64,000 bases of DNA. Origin: Nemertoderma westbladi (lineage: Eukaryota > Animalia > Xenacoelomorpha). Location of the stretch: positions 62,001-126,000 of the forward strand of contig JAUCBJ010003676.1 of assembly GCA_032718475.1 (NCBI GenBank), given 5' to 3'. Position numbers and translations under genes: made by a program. Position 1 is the stretch's first letter, and every line of letters begins with the position of its first letter. The notes under the pieces are model-generated. The model was not told where the DNA came from. It did no database searches and saw only the letters and a program-made list of their open reading frames with translations. Shown piece after piece: positions 24,241-35,851 of the stretch.

Positions 24241-27200
24241 CTAACTCTGTTTTGAGGCAGGAGACAAATTATAATCTCCCGTCTCGATACGTGTCTCCTC
24301 TAATAACACGATATCTTGGACCGGTCGGTCCAAGGTGTGTAAACCATTAGTTTTACACTTTTTTGGGTGCGGACACTTGCACCTAATTTTCACAGTGACT
24401 GTGCGCACTATGTTTTGCACGTCTGGGTGTGTGTGCAAGATCACTCCCGTCTCCCAATACTTTCTCTTGACAATAGGTTCGGTTATCAGTACGTAATCTC
24501 CCCTTTGGAGGCCCCGAACCGTTTTGTACCACTTTGTTCTGGTGGATATGGTGGGAAGATAGTATTCCCGCCAATATTCCCAGAATGTGTACGCTACTAA
24601 TTGAGTCACTTTCCAGCTCTTACGACTATATAGGTCGGCACTAATGGGTTCTGATGCCGGCACAAGAAATGCTGGACTCTGCATTAGCAAATGATTCAGC
24701 GTTAATGCAACACCGTCTGGCAACATAGCTATCGGCCTCGAGTTTAGGGTATGCTCGATTTCAATGAAAGCTGTAACCAGTTCGTCGTCGGTAAGTTGTT
24801 TGTTTACAGGCAACGTCTTAGCAATGGCCTGCTTCACAGAGCGAACTAAACGCTCCCAACTTCCTCCTCTCCAAGGACTTTCTGGAGTATTGAATCTCCA
24901 TTCTACTCTTTGCGGCAAAAGTGCTGCAGAAATTTCCTTATTCTGTGCCGCTTTATGAGCCGCGTTCAACTCGCTATTCCCTCCGACAAAGTTTGTACCC
25001 TTATCGGAGTAGAACGCCTTTACTAGTCCTCTCCTGGCCATAAATCTCTTTAAGGCCAGGAGCAGAGATTTGGTCGACATGTCTGCCACACGCTCAATGT
25101 GTATGGCTCTACTAGCCATACATGTCAGTAGCAGACCCCATCGCTTGTGGGTCAGCCGTCCACTCTTTGCTTCAATCGGACCAAAACAGTCCACCCCTGT
25201 GTTCGTAAAGGGTGGGTCATATGCCTGCACTCTCGCTTCCAGGAGTTCAGCCATCTCCTGTTCCAATACTCTGGCGTTCACCCTCTTGCAAACCAGACAG
25301 GCGTCATACATAGTGCCGACTGCCCTGCTTGGCTGCAATAAAATGAATCGCTGTCTCGCTGCCGACAGACAGTGTAACTTTCCCGCGTGATGCAACCGCT
25401 TGTGTATATCCCATAGAATCGCTCTTTGCAATTCTATTGGGTGACTAGGGATTATCACTGGGAACCGAAACTGTGAGTTTATGTCGACAGTCTGGATTCT
25501 CGATCTATGACAAATTAAACCCTTATGGATTAATGGGCTCCATTTTCTAAGGGGTTTATAGAGAACTGGTCGTTGAGCCGATAATAGATGGAATTCTTTT
25601 GGGAAGGCACACATTTGATAATGCTTCAAATGCTTTAATTCCGCTTGATCAATCTCATCCTCTGTCAGAGGTTGTTTCAATTTCCGAATTCGCTCACTAT
25701 TGGTGCTCAATGGTTCTCTCAAATGTTTCGAATGTTTTAAACAAAGGTACGAAATGTATCGGCTTAACCACGCAGTTCTTTTACAAATTGTCAGCCAAGA
25801 GGCAGACGAATTTAGTAATTTGTCATAAATACTGCATGACTCTAATGCCAGCGACGGTTGTCCGCTAACTAATGGAAGTTTCGAATCCAAACCCGCAGGT
25901 TTGGAAACCAAAGGCTCCATTTTGTCAGTCATTTTCTGTCCGTCACTTATCAACTGTGACTGTCGTCTAGTCTGTAAGGGTGGTTTTACGTCATAACTTA
26001 CCCTTCCGGACCTAGTAGTCACGTAAGTCTGTTGGTCTGACAGGTCTCCGGGCCGCTCCAATGACTCTTCAGGCCGCTCCAATGACTCTTCAGGCCGCTC
26101 CAATGACTTAAGTTTGGCTTTAGACTTTGACTTAGAGACTTTCTCCACCTTGACTTCTGCATCTTCAGGCATCGGATTGGTCACTATCTTTAGTCGCTCT
26201 GGCCAATGTTCCTGTGTCCTCGTTAGAAAATCAGGTCCATGCAACCAAAACTCCTGAGACTCTTCCTGACAGAATTCCACCGGCATTGCACCTCTCGAAG
26301 TTATGTCGGCCGGGTTCAACACTCCCGGACAATGTCTCCATTGTTCCTTCGTCGAAAAGTCAACGATCTGAGCGCGTCTGTTGGCCATAAATGTCTTTAG
26401 TGCAATATTGTCGGCCGCAATGTATACTAACACCAAGGATGCGTCCGTCCAATAGAATAAGGTCAATGTCGTGTCTAACTCCTCTGTTATCTGCTTACTT
26501 ACCTCGACTGAAACTACAGCCGCCTGTAACTCTGCACGAGGGACAGTCATGTATTTGACCGGCATTGTCTTTGATCTAGAAGTCACAAAGGCCGTCTCAA
26601 ACTTGTCCTGACTTACCTCTCGGCGAAGGTAGGCTACCATACCAAAGCCGGTGTCACTTGCGTCACTGAACAGATGCAGTTCGAGATCAGCTGGAAATAC
26701 CAGCTGATTCGGAAAGTAGGAACGGGGTACGTCTATGTTTTTCAATAGATGTAACTCGGCTTCCCACTCCCTCCACTGCTTTGCATGTATAGGAGATATT
26801 GGTTCGTCCCACTCTAAGTCGGACAACCAAATTTTCCTCATGCACGCTCGTGCCTGTAATATAACCGGACTGATAAAATTCATCGGGTCAAATAGTCTAC
26901 TTAATGTCGATAAGCAAATCCTCTTTGTCAAAACTTTGTCTGGGCTACTGGGCTCAAATCTAACTCTTACCTGGAACTTATCTGAGTTCGGGTTCCAAGC
27001 GAGTCCCAGTACTCGCGCCATGGGGATTGGTTCTACCCCCAATTCTATGTCTCCGCTCCCGCGATCTTTTACCGGGAACGATTCTAATAGGGCCTCCGAA
27101 TTTGTAGTGAACTTGGTTAGAGGAAATCCCCCTGTAGCCAAGCACTCTTGCAGGCCGTGAGCCACTTCTATGGCTTGTTCCGCTGTGTCCTTGGACACCA

Positions 27201-30200
27201 ATCCGTCGTCCATGTAGAAGTTTCTCAAGATGGACTCGATTACTTCTACTGGATACTTACCAATCTGGGCTGTTGCCGTTTTCTTTAGAACAAACAGCGT
27301 GCCGTTCGGACTATCGCGGGCGCCAAATATCCTAACGTACATTTGGTATGTAACCACTGGGCCGGATAAGTCTTCATTCTCGTACCAGAGAAAGCGAAGG
27401 CTATCCTGGTCTGCCTTACAGGCTCTTACCTGGTGGAACATCGCCTCGATGTCACAAGTAAATGCGAATCGCCGCTGTCTAAAACGTAACAGTATTCCAA
27501 TCAAATAGTTGTTCAGGTTGGGTCCATCCATCAACTCTGAATTCAGGGACATACCTCTATAGACTGCTGCGCAGTCGTTGACTACTCGGACTTTGTCTGG
27601 TTTGTCAGGGTGAGTCACATAGTGGTGTGGAAGGTAATAAGTCTGGTCTGTCACTAAGTCAGGGTCCTCTACCTTCCCAGCAAATCCCTTGGCGAAATAG
27701 TTGTTGATCTGGGCGCAATACTTCTCCCTAATGTCTGGATTCTTCAACAACCGAGCCCTTACTCCGTTTAATCTTTTCAAGGCTAAGTTATAGTTGTTCT
27801 CCAACTTAGGTGGTTGTCGACGCCACAACATTCCAACTTCAAAATGTCCAGTCGGTAGTAGACGTATGGTATCTTCCATCATCTCCAGCGACCGTTTCTC
27901 ATCAGTAGACATGGCTAGGTCATATCCACCGGGTTCCATTGCGTCCCTATCCAGCCATTCGACGGTTCTGGCTCCTGTCTCGAGGTCCTGGCGTATCAAT
28001 TCCTTCTGTAATTCCTCCTCACTGTATTGGAAAATGTCTAGGTCTCGATATTTAGCCACTTGACCCTCCACTATGTCTGTATAAGTCAAAACGTTAGTCA
28101 AATAGGTAGCGTGGGCCGCTGAACCAGACCCACGGGTCTGATAACAGTAGTCCTCGGGTTCACTATCTGTCCGGTCGTTGTGAAGTGGTTCCGACAACCT
28201 AACATTATCGGGAATCAACTCCTCGTCCGACTCGCTAAAGTCGCTATAGTGGTCAATACAGGTTCTCCTAAACTCGTCTATGTCTGGTGGTTCTACTAAC
28301 GGTGGTTGAGTTATAGGCTGTAATTCGTCGTATCTGTCCATTGGCTTGTCACCACCTGTAAACTCATAAGACATGGGTACTCGTGTATACCAACCTAATA
28401 TAGTCCTATGGGCATGTGGTCCATTGACATGCGGCTCAGCTGGTCTCGTTTCCCATATTTGGTGTGCGATCAGCTGTTCTGCACCAATTAACATAGAAAC
28501 ATTCCTATAACCTACCTGGTGTCTGGGTATCCTGAGCTTGTCAAAATACTCCTGTGCTATGGGACTCATCGGCGGCACCTTACCTAACTGCCTGCCGAAT
28601 CCCTTCATAGCTAGACACTTAAATCCGTCCAATGGCAAAGCTTTCCGTTCTTGTCGAGTATGTTGGTCTCTCGGAAGTAGGGAATCTAGTTCTACCGAAA
28701 TTCTGTGTCCCTTGAGGTCTCCTACTCCATGCATAGACTTCAACTCTATTTGGATCTCCTCGGCGTCCTGGAAGCTAGAAACAGCTCTCGCCACTTCCTC
28801 GTCGATATAAGATAATGTGGACGCAGTGTCCAACATCACATATATCCGCTTTGATCCCTTATCGCCGGTAAGTTTCACCGGAATCACTCTAAATATTTCC
28901 GACGTTGCCGATGATAAATACGTCCGCGCGCTGGTCGATGAACTATCCGCGGTGAAACCTTGGCAGGTCACCTCTCTCGCGCTCGACTCGCCATCCTCGT
29001 CCGACGAACCTGGTTGATAACCATCGTCCTGGATGCCGGTGTACGTATTCCTCCTTATCGATACGGGTTCTTTGCTCCCCTTCCTTTGAGGATTTCGCTG
29101 TAAGTAACGGTCCGTTGGGGTGTGGAAATCCGCATGTAGCAACTTGTGATGTAGTCTGCCGCATTCCATGCATCCGTCCTTGCTGTTCGGGCACTGCCGC
29201 CGTACATGACCTGGCGCAAGACATGCCCAACAGGTGTCCAACGTCCGCACTTGAACTCTTCTCTGTTCCGAATTTAATTCTTTGAACCGTCTGCAACTAT
29301 CTAACTTATGATCGTCAGATCTTACCTCCTTTAGTAAACAGTATTGGCAACCTACAAATCCATCCGGCAACTCCTGTTGCTTTAACCTAGGTCTATCTAA
29401 CCGCTCACCTGACCATACTCGCGAGTCTGATCTAAAGGCTGGGGTACTCGAATTATATCTGTCTACTGAGTTATAAGTCACAGTGGTCCTGTTATCGTCA
29501 AAACTTACCATAGACTTACCGGTAACAGGCTTAGACTCTCTCATATTCTCTTCTGAGAAGTTTGATTTCATCTCTGCTACTGCTTCTGTGGCTATCATGT
29601 CATGAATATGCTGAAGTGTCAACACCTTACCTTGGCCCTCCAACTTATTCTCTAATTTGCGCCATTTCTGTCGATAACGCATGTTTAAACGTCTAATTAC
29701 GCTTTTCAAAACTTCGGCGTGATCACCATGATGAGGTAGATTCACCGTCCTCAAGATGTCCAATGCGTTCGAAATAGCGTTCGCTAAGTTCAACAGCTCT
29801 AACGGAGTTGTAATCCTTCCGCCCTTACCCAAGTCTTCTACTATCGACTGCGCCATCTTTGTTTTATTCCCGTAGATGTCGCTAAGCGTCTTCATCGCTA
29901 ACTCGAATGCCCTTTCATTGCCGACGAAGTTATCAGCAATGGCTCTAGGTTCTCGATGGAGCATCTGAAGCAAATAGTTGAACTTCTCGTTGGGAGTAAA
30001 GGTGCTGTTGGTTAGCTGCTCGTCGACATAGGTTTTAAAGGTCCTCCAATGCTTATGGTTGCCCATAAACTTCTGGGGTTGTTGCGTCGGCAGTCCTTGC
30101 CTAGCAGCAAACTTACCTATGTCCCTAAGGGTTGCGTCGTTCCGGGTTAACAAATGGTTTAGTTCCGCAGGGTTGTTAAGTCTGGTCCTTTCCCGGTGGT

Positions 30201-32538
30201 TCCAACTTACCTGCTCCGCGTCGGTCCTTCTTTCCTTATAGTTTCGGGACTTCTGACGTCTCATTTCTTCCTCTTCATCGCTTGACTCTGTGTCAGTCCT
30301 TAGCGCTCGCGATGGTTTGCGCGCCGAGGCCCTGATCCAAGCCTCCTCAATAAATTTCTCGGCCGAATTATCGAAGTTGGGATTATGAATATTCGGGACA
30401 GGCGTCCTTACCTGAGGTCTATGTGGTATAGTCTCCTCCGATATGCGTACTCGTTGACTAGGCTGGACTTTATCTAACTCAGGCCTGCTAGGATTAGAAT
30501 TACTTCTTACCTGGGCTGCTTCCTTTAACCGTAGGTTGCTAAGCATGTCCGTTATAGGTTGGATGTGCGGCGATATAGCTTGCGCTAAACTAGCACTTAA
30601 CTCATCCCTCGTAATAAATTCCTGGCTAGGGTTCTGTTGTATAGTCGGCTCTATCTGAGTAATCCGCTGTCTCTCATATGATCCCTCTTCCGGTTTAACC
30701 CGGAAGTTCTCCGTCGAACTGGGTCGGCGCTCCGTCCCCGTATTCCAAACCCGCGGGTTCGGTTCGCCCAATACTCGGCCCGTCGGAGTTTCTTCTCTAA
30801 ATTCTTCGTTGTCGCGTTCGGTGTATAGTGGTGCGGTGTTCTGATGCCGTGGATTCTGCGCGATAGGTGAAGCACTAATACCAACTGGCGTGCGATATGT
30901 AGAGAATGGTTTAGCGATCCGTGTACTCGTAATAGCTGGACCGGGTATAGGAATTCTGGTCGTCGTCGACTCGCGTATGGTCGGAGTTCTCGCTTCCTGT
31001 TCGGCCTTCTGCAGTGCGAACAGTTCTCGCAACTCGGTCCCTACACTCGCCCCACATTCTTCGATCATTCGCATCCCCTTCTCGGCGATTTCATTCGCCT
31101 TCCTAGTCCGTTCTTCGCTCTCTAAACTTAATCTCGCACTTTCCAACTGCGCCAGTTTACGTTCTTCTTCTTCCCTCGCTCGTCTCGCTGCGCTCTCTTC
31201 TTCCACCAGCGCCTTCTCTTCATACAACGCCCGTCGCTCCTTCTCGATCTCGAGTTCGCGTTCTTTGCGCTCGTGTTCGAGTTGAAGTTCGTATTCCTTT
31301 TGTTCGCGTTCGAGCTGGAGTTCGCGTTCCTTGCGTTCGCGTTCGAGCTTGAGTTCGCGTTCCTTGCATTCGCGTTCCGCTTGCTCGCGCTTACCTTTCT
31401 CTTCCAACTCTCGCAACTTTGCGTCTAACTTACGTGTGCGCTCCCGTTCCCGCTCGGCTTCCTTCCGTGCTTCCGATGCACGCAAAACTTCCGCCTGTTG
31501 TTCGTCCAGTTGGCGTCTTCTCTCCTCCGCCGAGTTGTGAGAAACAAGGGATCTAGCACATATAACCTTCCCTCGCGCGTGACTAACCTGGGAATCGCCA
31601 CTGTCTCTGCATGCGTCGTCGGGTGGAGTCAACGTCCTCTGTTGAATGTTCTCCGTCGTCGGTAGCACCTGACCTGGTACCACCACTCCATTCTGCATCA
31701 GCCAGCTAGTAACTTCCCTTTGATACCTGCGCTCTTCTTTATCTTGGATCTCTTCTCGCTCCACTAAGTCTCTCAACTCTGCGTCACTCACCTGAGTCGC
31801 CTGCGTTTGTGATGCCCATAGCAGCCAGTTCTCCGTCCTAACTCGTCGGAATCGCTCCGATAACTCGCGATGCTCCAACAGGGCTGCCAAAACCCTATCA
31901 TAAATCCTCGTCGCCACGTCGCTCGACTGAGACTCTACTGCCTTCTTCGCTAGGACTGCAAGCTCCTCCGTCTGCTTGAATAACGCTGAATTATATCCTC
32001 TTCTAATCTCTACTAACTCTACCCTCCCGATGTTCGCTGAGTCGGCTAACATTTTCCTTACCTTGTCCGCCGTCCGAGTTATATGTCCGGCGTGCGCGCG
32101 AAGTTTCTTCTTTATCGCAATGTCGAACTCTCTATCACTTACCTGACTTACACTCGGTGGACTTGAAGGGTTATTTCGGGAACTACGGGTACTCCTTACA
32201 GCCGTTGGGACCACGGCACTTACCATACCCACAGGTCTGGAAACCGGGCTCCGGGCTCTCGCTTCTGCTACACTACCCTCCCTATCACTCACCTCTGTCC
32301 GGGCTTCCGTACAGTCCTTCCTATCAGTAGCGGTAGGGGATCCTAATACTATTACCTGAGGTAGTTCTTCTTCCTCACTAGTCACTGTCTCGTCCTCCTG
32401 TTCACTTACGTCAGCGTCGCTCGCTGCGTCGTCATAGTCGGCATTGTCGTCAACAGTAATATTTACGCTATCGTCAGTCGGCGGTCCGGCCGCCGTCTCA
32501 TAGCTGTCCTCTACTGCCTCCTTGTCTGAGACACTCAT
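24241..32538 (-). CDS. BEL-2 intact gag-pol polyprotein (2765 aa)
   Basis: Coiled-coil Gag, knuckles (CWACLAPGHVRRQC), protease MLDTAST, RT FYMDD, RNase H FSDAS, integrase GVDCFGP/SDKGTNF/WERL; no stops. Confidence 0.96.
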   Translation of the reverse strand: MSVSDKEAVEDSYETAAGPPTDDSVNITVDDNADYDDAASDADVSEQEDETVTSEEEELPQVIVLGSPTATDRKDCTEARTEVSDREGSVAEARARSPVSRPVGMVSAVVPTAVRSTRSSRNNPSSPPSVSQVSDREFDIAIKKKLRAHAGHITRTADKVRKMLADSANIGRVELVEIRRGYNSALFKQTEELAVLAKKAVESQSSDVATRIYDRVLAALLEHRELSERFRRVRTENWLLWASQTQATQVSDAELRDLVEREEIQDKEERRYQREVTSWLMQNGVVVPGQVLPTTENIQQRTLTPPDDACRDSGDSQVSHARGKVICARSLVSHNSAEERRRQLDEQQAEVLRASEARKEAERERERTRKLDAKLRELEEKGKREQAERECKERELKLERERKERELQLEREQKEYELQLEHERKERELEIEKERRALYEEKALVEEESAARRAREEEERKLAQLESARLSLESEERTRKANEIAEKGMRMIEECGASVGTELRELFALQKAEQEARTPTIRESTTTRIPIPGPAITSTRIAKPFSTYRTPVGISASPIAQNPRHQNTAPLYTERDNEEFREETPTGRVLGEPNPRVWNTGTERRPSSTENFRVKPEEGSYERQRITQIEPTIQQNPSQEFITRDELSASLAQAISPHIQPITDMLSNLRLKEAAQVRSNSNPSRPELDKVQPSQRVRISEETIPHRPQVRTPVPNIHNPNFDNSAEKFIEEAWIRASARKPSRALRTDTESSDEEEEMRRQKSRNYKERRTDAEQVSWNHRERTRLNNPAELNHLLTRNDATLRDIGKFAARQGLPTQQPQKFMGNHKHWRTFKTYVDEQLTNSTFTPNEKFNYLLQMLHREPRAIADNFVGNERAFELAMKTLSDIYGNKTKMAQSIVEDLGKGGRITTPLELLNLANAISNALDILRTVNLPHHGDHAEVLKSVIRRLNMRYRQKWRKLENKLEGQGKVLTLQHIHDMIATEAVAEMKSNFSEENMRESKPVTGKSMVSFDDNRTTVTYNSVDRYNSSTPAFRSDSRVWSGERLDRPRLKQQELPDGFVGCQYCLLKEVRSDDHKLDSCRRFKELNSEQRRVQVRTLDTCWACLAPGHVRRQCPNSKDGCMECGRLHHKLLHADFHTPTDRYLQRNPQRKGSKEPVSIRRNTYTGIQDDGYQPGSSDEDGESSAREVTCQGFTADSSSTSARTYLSSATSEIFRVIPVKLTGDKGSKRIYVMLDTASTLSYIDEEVARAVSSFQDAEEIQIELKSMHGVGDLKGHRISVELDSLLPRDQHTRQERKALPLDGFKCLAMKGFGRQLGKVPPMSPIAQEYFDKLRIPRHQVGYRNVSMLIGAEQLIAHQIWETRPAEPHVNGPHAHRTILGWYTRVPMSYEFTGGDKPMDRYDELQPITQPPLVEPPDIDEFRRTCIDHYSDFSESDEELIPDNVRLSEPLHNDRTDSEPEDYCYQTRGSGSAAHATYLTNVLTYTDIVEGQVAKYRDLDIFQYSEEELQKELIRQDLETGARTVEWLDRDAMEPGGYDLAMSTDEKRSLEMMEDTIRLLPTGHFEVGMLWRRQPPKLENNYNLALKRLNGVRARLLKNPDIREKYCAQINNYFAKGFAGKVEDPDLVTDQTYYLPHHYVTHPDKPDKVRVVNDCAAVYRGMSLNSELMDGPNLNNYLIGILLRFRQRRFAFTCDIEAMFHQVRACKADQDSLRFLWYENEDLSGPVVTYQMYVRIFGARDSPNGTLFVLKKTATAQIGKYPVEVIESILRNFYMDDGLVSKDTAEQAIEVAHGLQECLATGGFPLTKFTTNSEALLESFPVKDRGSGDIELGVEPIPMARVLGLAWNPNSDKFQVRVRFEPSSPDKVLTKRICLSTLSRLFDPMNFISPVILQARACMRKIWLSDLEWDEPISPIHAKQWREWEAELHLLKNIDVPRSYFPNQLVFPADLELHLFSDASDTGFGMVAYLRREVSQDKFETAFVTSRSKTMPVKYMTVPRAELQAAVVSVEVSKQITEELDTTLTLFYWTDASLVLVYIAADNIALKTFMANRRAQIVDFSTKEQWRHCPGVLNPADITSRGAMPVEFCQEESQEFWLHGPDFLTRTQEHWPERLKIVTNPMPEDAEVKVEKVSKSKSKAKLKSLERPEESLERPEESLERPGDLSDQQTYVTTRSGRVSYDVKPPLQTRRQSQLISDGQKMTDKMEPLVSKPAGLDSKLPLVSGQPSLALESCSIYDKLLNSSASWLTICKRTAWLSRYISYLCLKHSKHLREPLSTNSERIRKLKQPLTEDEIDQAELKHLKHYQMCAFPKEFHLLSAQRPVLYKPLRKWSPLIHKGLICHRSRIQTVDINSQFRFPVIIPSHPIELQRAILWDIHKRLHHAGKLHCLSAARQRFILLQPSRAVGTMYDACLVCKRVNARVLEQEMAELLEARVQAYDPPFTNTGVDCFGPIEAKSGRLTHKRWGLLLTCMASRAIHIERVADMSTKSLLLALKRFMARRGLVKAFYSDKGTNFVGGNSELNAAHKAAQNKEISAALLPQRVEWRFNTPESPWRGGSWERLVRSVKQAIAKTLPVNKQLTDDELVTAFIEIEHTLNSRPIAMLPDGVALTLNHLLMQSPAFLVPASEPISADLYSRKSWKVTQLVAYTFWEYWREYYLPTISTRTKWYKTVRGLQRGDYVLITEPIVKRKYWETGVILHTHPDVQNIVRTVTVKIRCKCPHPKKCKTNGLHTLDRPVQDIVLLEETRIETGDYNLSPASKQS

Positions 32539-33618
32539 AGTCTAATAATGTTTGCCTTCCGGCAAAATATCTCGCAAAGTTCGAGATATAATTATAATTT
32601 AACCGAAAATACGGTCAAATTATTTGTCAAATAATCAGTTGGTCCAAAATGTCAAAATAAATTCGCAATGCAATATTGCGAATTTAATGGGGTATATAGT
32701 TATAGCAAATACTAGCACAATATTTAAACAAAATATTATTATATAGCTACTATAGCAATTAAATACCGGTATGACACAAAATAGCTTTGAATCTAATACA
32801 AAATATTCAAAATAAACTTGCCACCCGATTATTTCTAATTTTACATATATAGCTCTAATCAACGTAATTTTAATTTCAAATATTATATGTATCCACTAGC
32901 GCGTGGCTACATCTTCGGGTTGCGACTCTCTCTAACTCTCTCTCTAACTTGAGCGATTCAAAACCATGGCCGGCTAAACCTAAATATCCTAACTAATAAA
33001 TTGAGTTCAGCTTCGCAGTTAAACAACCGATAATTTTTTACTGCTTCCACAAACACAATGGTGCCAACAGAACAACTAACCTTGTTTGCTGTGAGATTCC
33101 ACGTCCGCGTCCAAAGATTCAGGCTTTTCGCTGATTGCAAACCGAACCCGCAGACCCACACGAACCCCAAACTCAGAAGTTCTGTCTTGCCATGTATCTC
33201 CAGATGGTATAAAATAACTAAGCGGTTACCTAACATACCGGTACAAAACTCTAGAATTTTACAAAATAATTTTGACCGAAACTGAATTCTCGCAAACCTA
33301 GCTAATAATTTTCAAAAAACTTACTAATTACAATTTGCCCTAAGGCCTAAGCAACTGTATTCGCAATTAGTAAAAACGCACTACCGTACATCCACTGTAT
33401 GCAGTACAGTAAGTAAAACAGTACACCAACCTAACAGCCTAATGCTACTGTGTGTGTGGTACGGCAAACAAATGTCCTTCTACCGTACGCAGTAACAGCA
33501 ATCAGCCTAATGTACTACTGTACTATCGTACGCAACCAGTGAATACAGTAATCTAAACTAGCAGCCTAAGAATACTCTATTGACCGCTGCAAGCAACAGC
33601 CAATAAAACATACCTTAC

Positions 33619-35846
33619 TGTTAAACAACCGCGACACCTATACTAACAGCAGAACTGTTGAACAGACAAATACCCGTATACCTCTCTGCCAACCTAATGA
33701 GCTCTCGCCTAACCAATAAGACACAAAGACTGCTCTACTGTTAAGTAAAGGGGATCAGGAGTGTGCTATTACTAAATTGTAAGGGTTGCTAAATACAAAA
33801 CCGCTACTTACCGTTGGATGGCGCTAATCTGCCGTCCGCTAATATATTTTACTAAATTTACACAACTCCTGCAAAATCGCTTGTTCCTTTCTCTACCGAT
33901 CGCTCGATAGAGAGCTAACTGTTCGAATCTATGAGCCACACGGGAATAACCAAAACAATAAACCCGAGTCGGCTCCCTAAGCTTACTTAAGACGAGTGCG
34001 AGGGGCTTTGCACTCAGAGTATATTCTTACGCCTAATTTTACCACTGAAATACGCTAATGCCTACGTCTTTTCTAATCGCGAATACTGGGGGTTCCCTAA
34101 CGGAATGTGTGAATGCGAGAATATTTAAAATAATCAAAATGGTACAGTACAATGTCTTTCGTAGGTGATACCGCTCTGGGTCTAAACTTGCCTGCAGCTG
34201 GCTTTAGGCCAGCAACTCACTAGTGTCTTGCGTACTGACTATTGCGATCTAGTTTATTACCCGCTAATGCAAATAACCGCTTAGCGTGAATAGTTTACAG
34301 TACTCTAATTATTACCTTAGCTACTCTCCGCTATGCTGCGTACTAATTCTTAATTTTTACTAATCAATTACAGTCACAAATATGTAACAGCGTACTAATT
34401 ACTAAGAGTTCCAGAATGCGTAATTCTAATTTATTACGCAACAGGTTTCGCTAGTAATAGCCTAAATTGCCGTATTACTTTGACCTAAGCAGTAGTTAAT
34501 TGTTGTAACTAAGAAATAGAAATCAATCAAAAGGGAATGGGGCGCCTACCTAAGCATTCGTAATCATAGGCACACTTCAGTAACACACCAATCAGCGTCA
34601 GCAATCACAGATCACAATAGTACAACTTGCAATTATACAATCTGCAATTATATAATTCGCAACATAATAATTCGCAATTGACTAATTCGCAATCTACTTA
34701 CTCGCAACTTACTTACTGTAAGGTATGCAGGCCCCTCCCGGGTACATCTAGGCTTCCTAAGTAACCCAATTCCTGCCCCCTAATACTAAATAGAGACAAA
34801 ACCTGGATCATCAGCCCCCTAATTACTGTACCAGCGAGCGGTCTCCAACCTACAGTCCAAATCGCCCGACTGCAACGTTGACCCCCGCCAGCGTTGCCCG
34901 CTTTTGAATCCTCCGCTCTCCCTAGTCGCTCAACCCCCCGATGTGCCCACCGCCCACTGGCACCTTAGCCCTTCATTATGCTAATAGCTACCGTAGCGGC
35001 GCATGCAAATCACAAAGTCTGACAGTCTCAGAAATCCCTTAGGATTATTGCGCAGAAAGGAATCACATAGAACCATTAATCAAAAGTAGAAATCATAGTT
35101 CAGTTGTAATTAGCAGTAATCGAAGGAATTAATTGAGAAACACAATCGAGAGTAATCGCACTAGCAAATCATTCCAAGAAATTAATCAAAATTAGCAAAT
35201 TGCAGAAAATACGCCAAAATATCCGTCAAAAATTGAATAGGGACAGCTCAGCAAGTACAAAGATGATATCAGATCCTTGTGAGGTGTCATGGGGCAGATT
35301 GGTAAGGCTCTACCGGCACACCGCCAATTTATAGGTGATCCGGGTGGGTGATGCAATAGGGTGACTCAATCGCTCTCCTATTGGCTCTCCAGTCCGTGCT
35401 AGCATTAGACCAACCTGGAAGCAGTTAGTCCAATAAGGAGGCCGGATTGTAGCCCTATTGCTCCCCAACTTCAAATTATTACCATATATGGTAATGGTTC
35501 ACGTCCTTGGCTGCTGAATGGCCAGGACAGCGTCCCTATATGCTAGCCCTATCGATGCTAATATCAGCAAGCACAAAATCCAGGGTCCGAATAAACTTGC
35601 TACCCTGGAACTATCTACATATATCCTAATACAAAATTACGTAGGTAGGGCTACATACTATACAAAATGGATGGATTCAAAATATATGGGCGTTTCGATT
35701 TCCCTATCTAAATATCATTGCGTTATTATGCCTTATCTAAAATATTATGCTGCACAACGGACTAATATTACATACAGTATAACGGACTAATATTGTGTAC
35801 AGTATAACGACTAATATATGTGGATACAGCGCCATATACCGTAACA
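33619..35846 (-). repeat. BEL-2 5' LTR (2228 bp)
   Basis: Direct repeat of 19311-21537; minus-strand TATAAA near 35330 with upstream CCAAT. Confidence 0.95.
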
Positions 35847-35851
35847 GATGA

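Larger units (their letters stand above)
19311..35846 (-). mobile_element. Full-length BEL/Pao LTR retrotransposon BEL-2 (16.5 kb)
   Basis: LTRs with TGTTA...TAACA ends; 5-bp TSD GATGA at 19306-19310 and 35847-35851; PPT TTGGAGCGG (minus) at 21538-21546; intact gag-pol. Confidence 0.96.
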
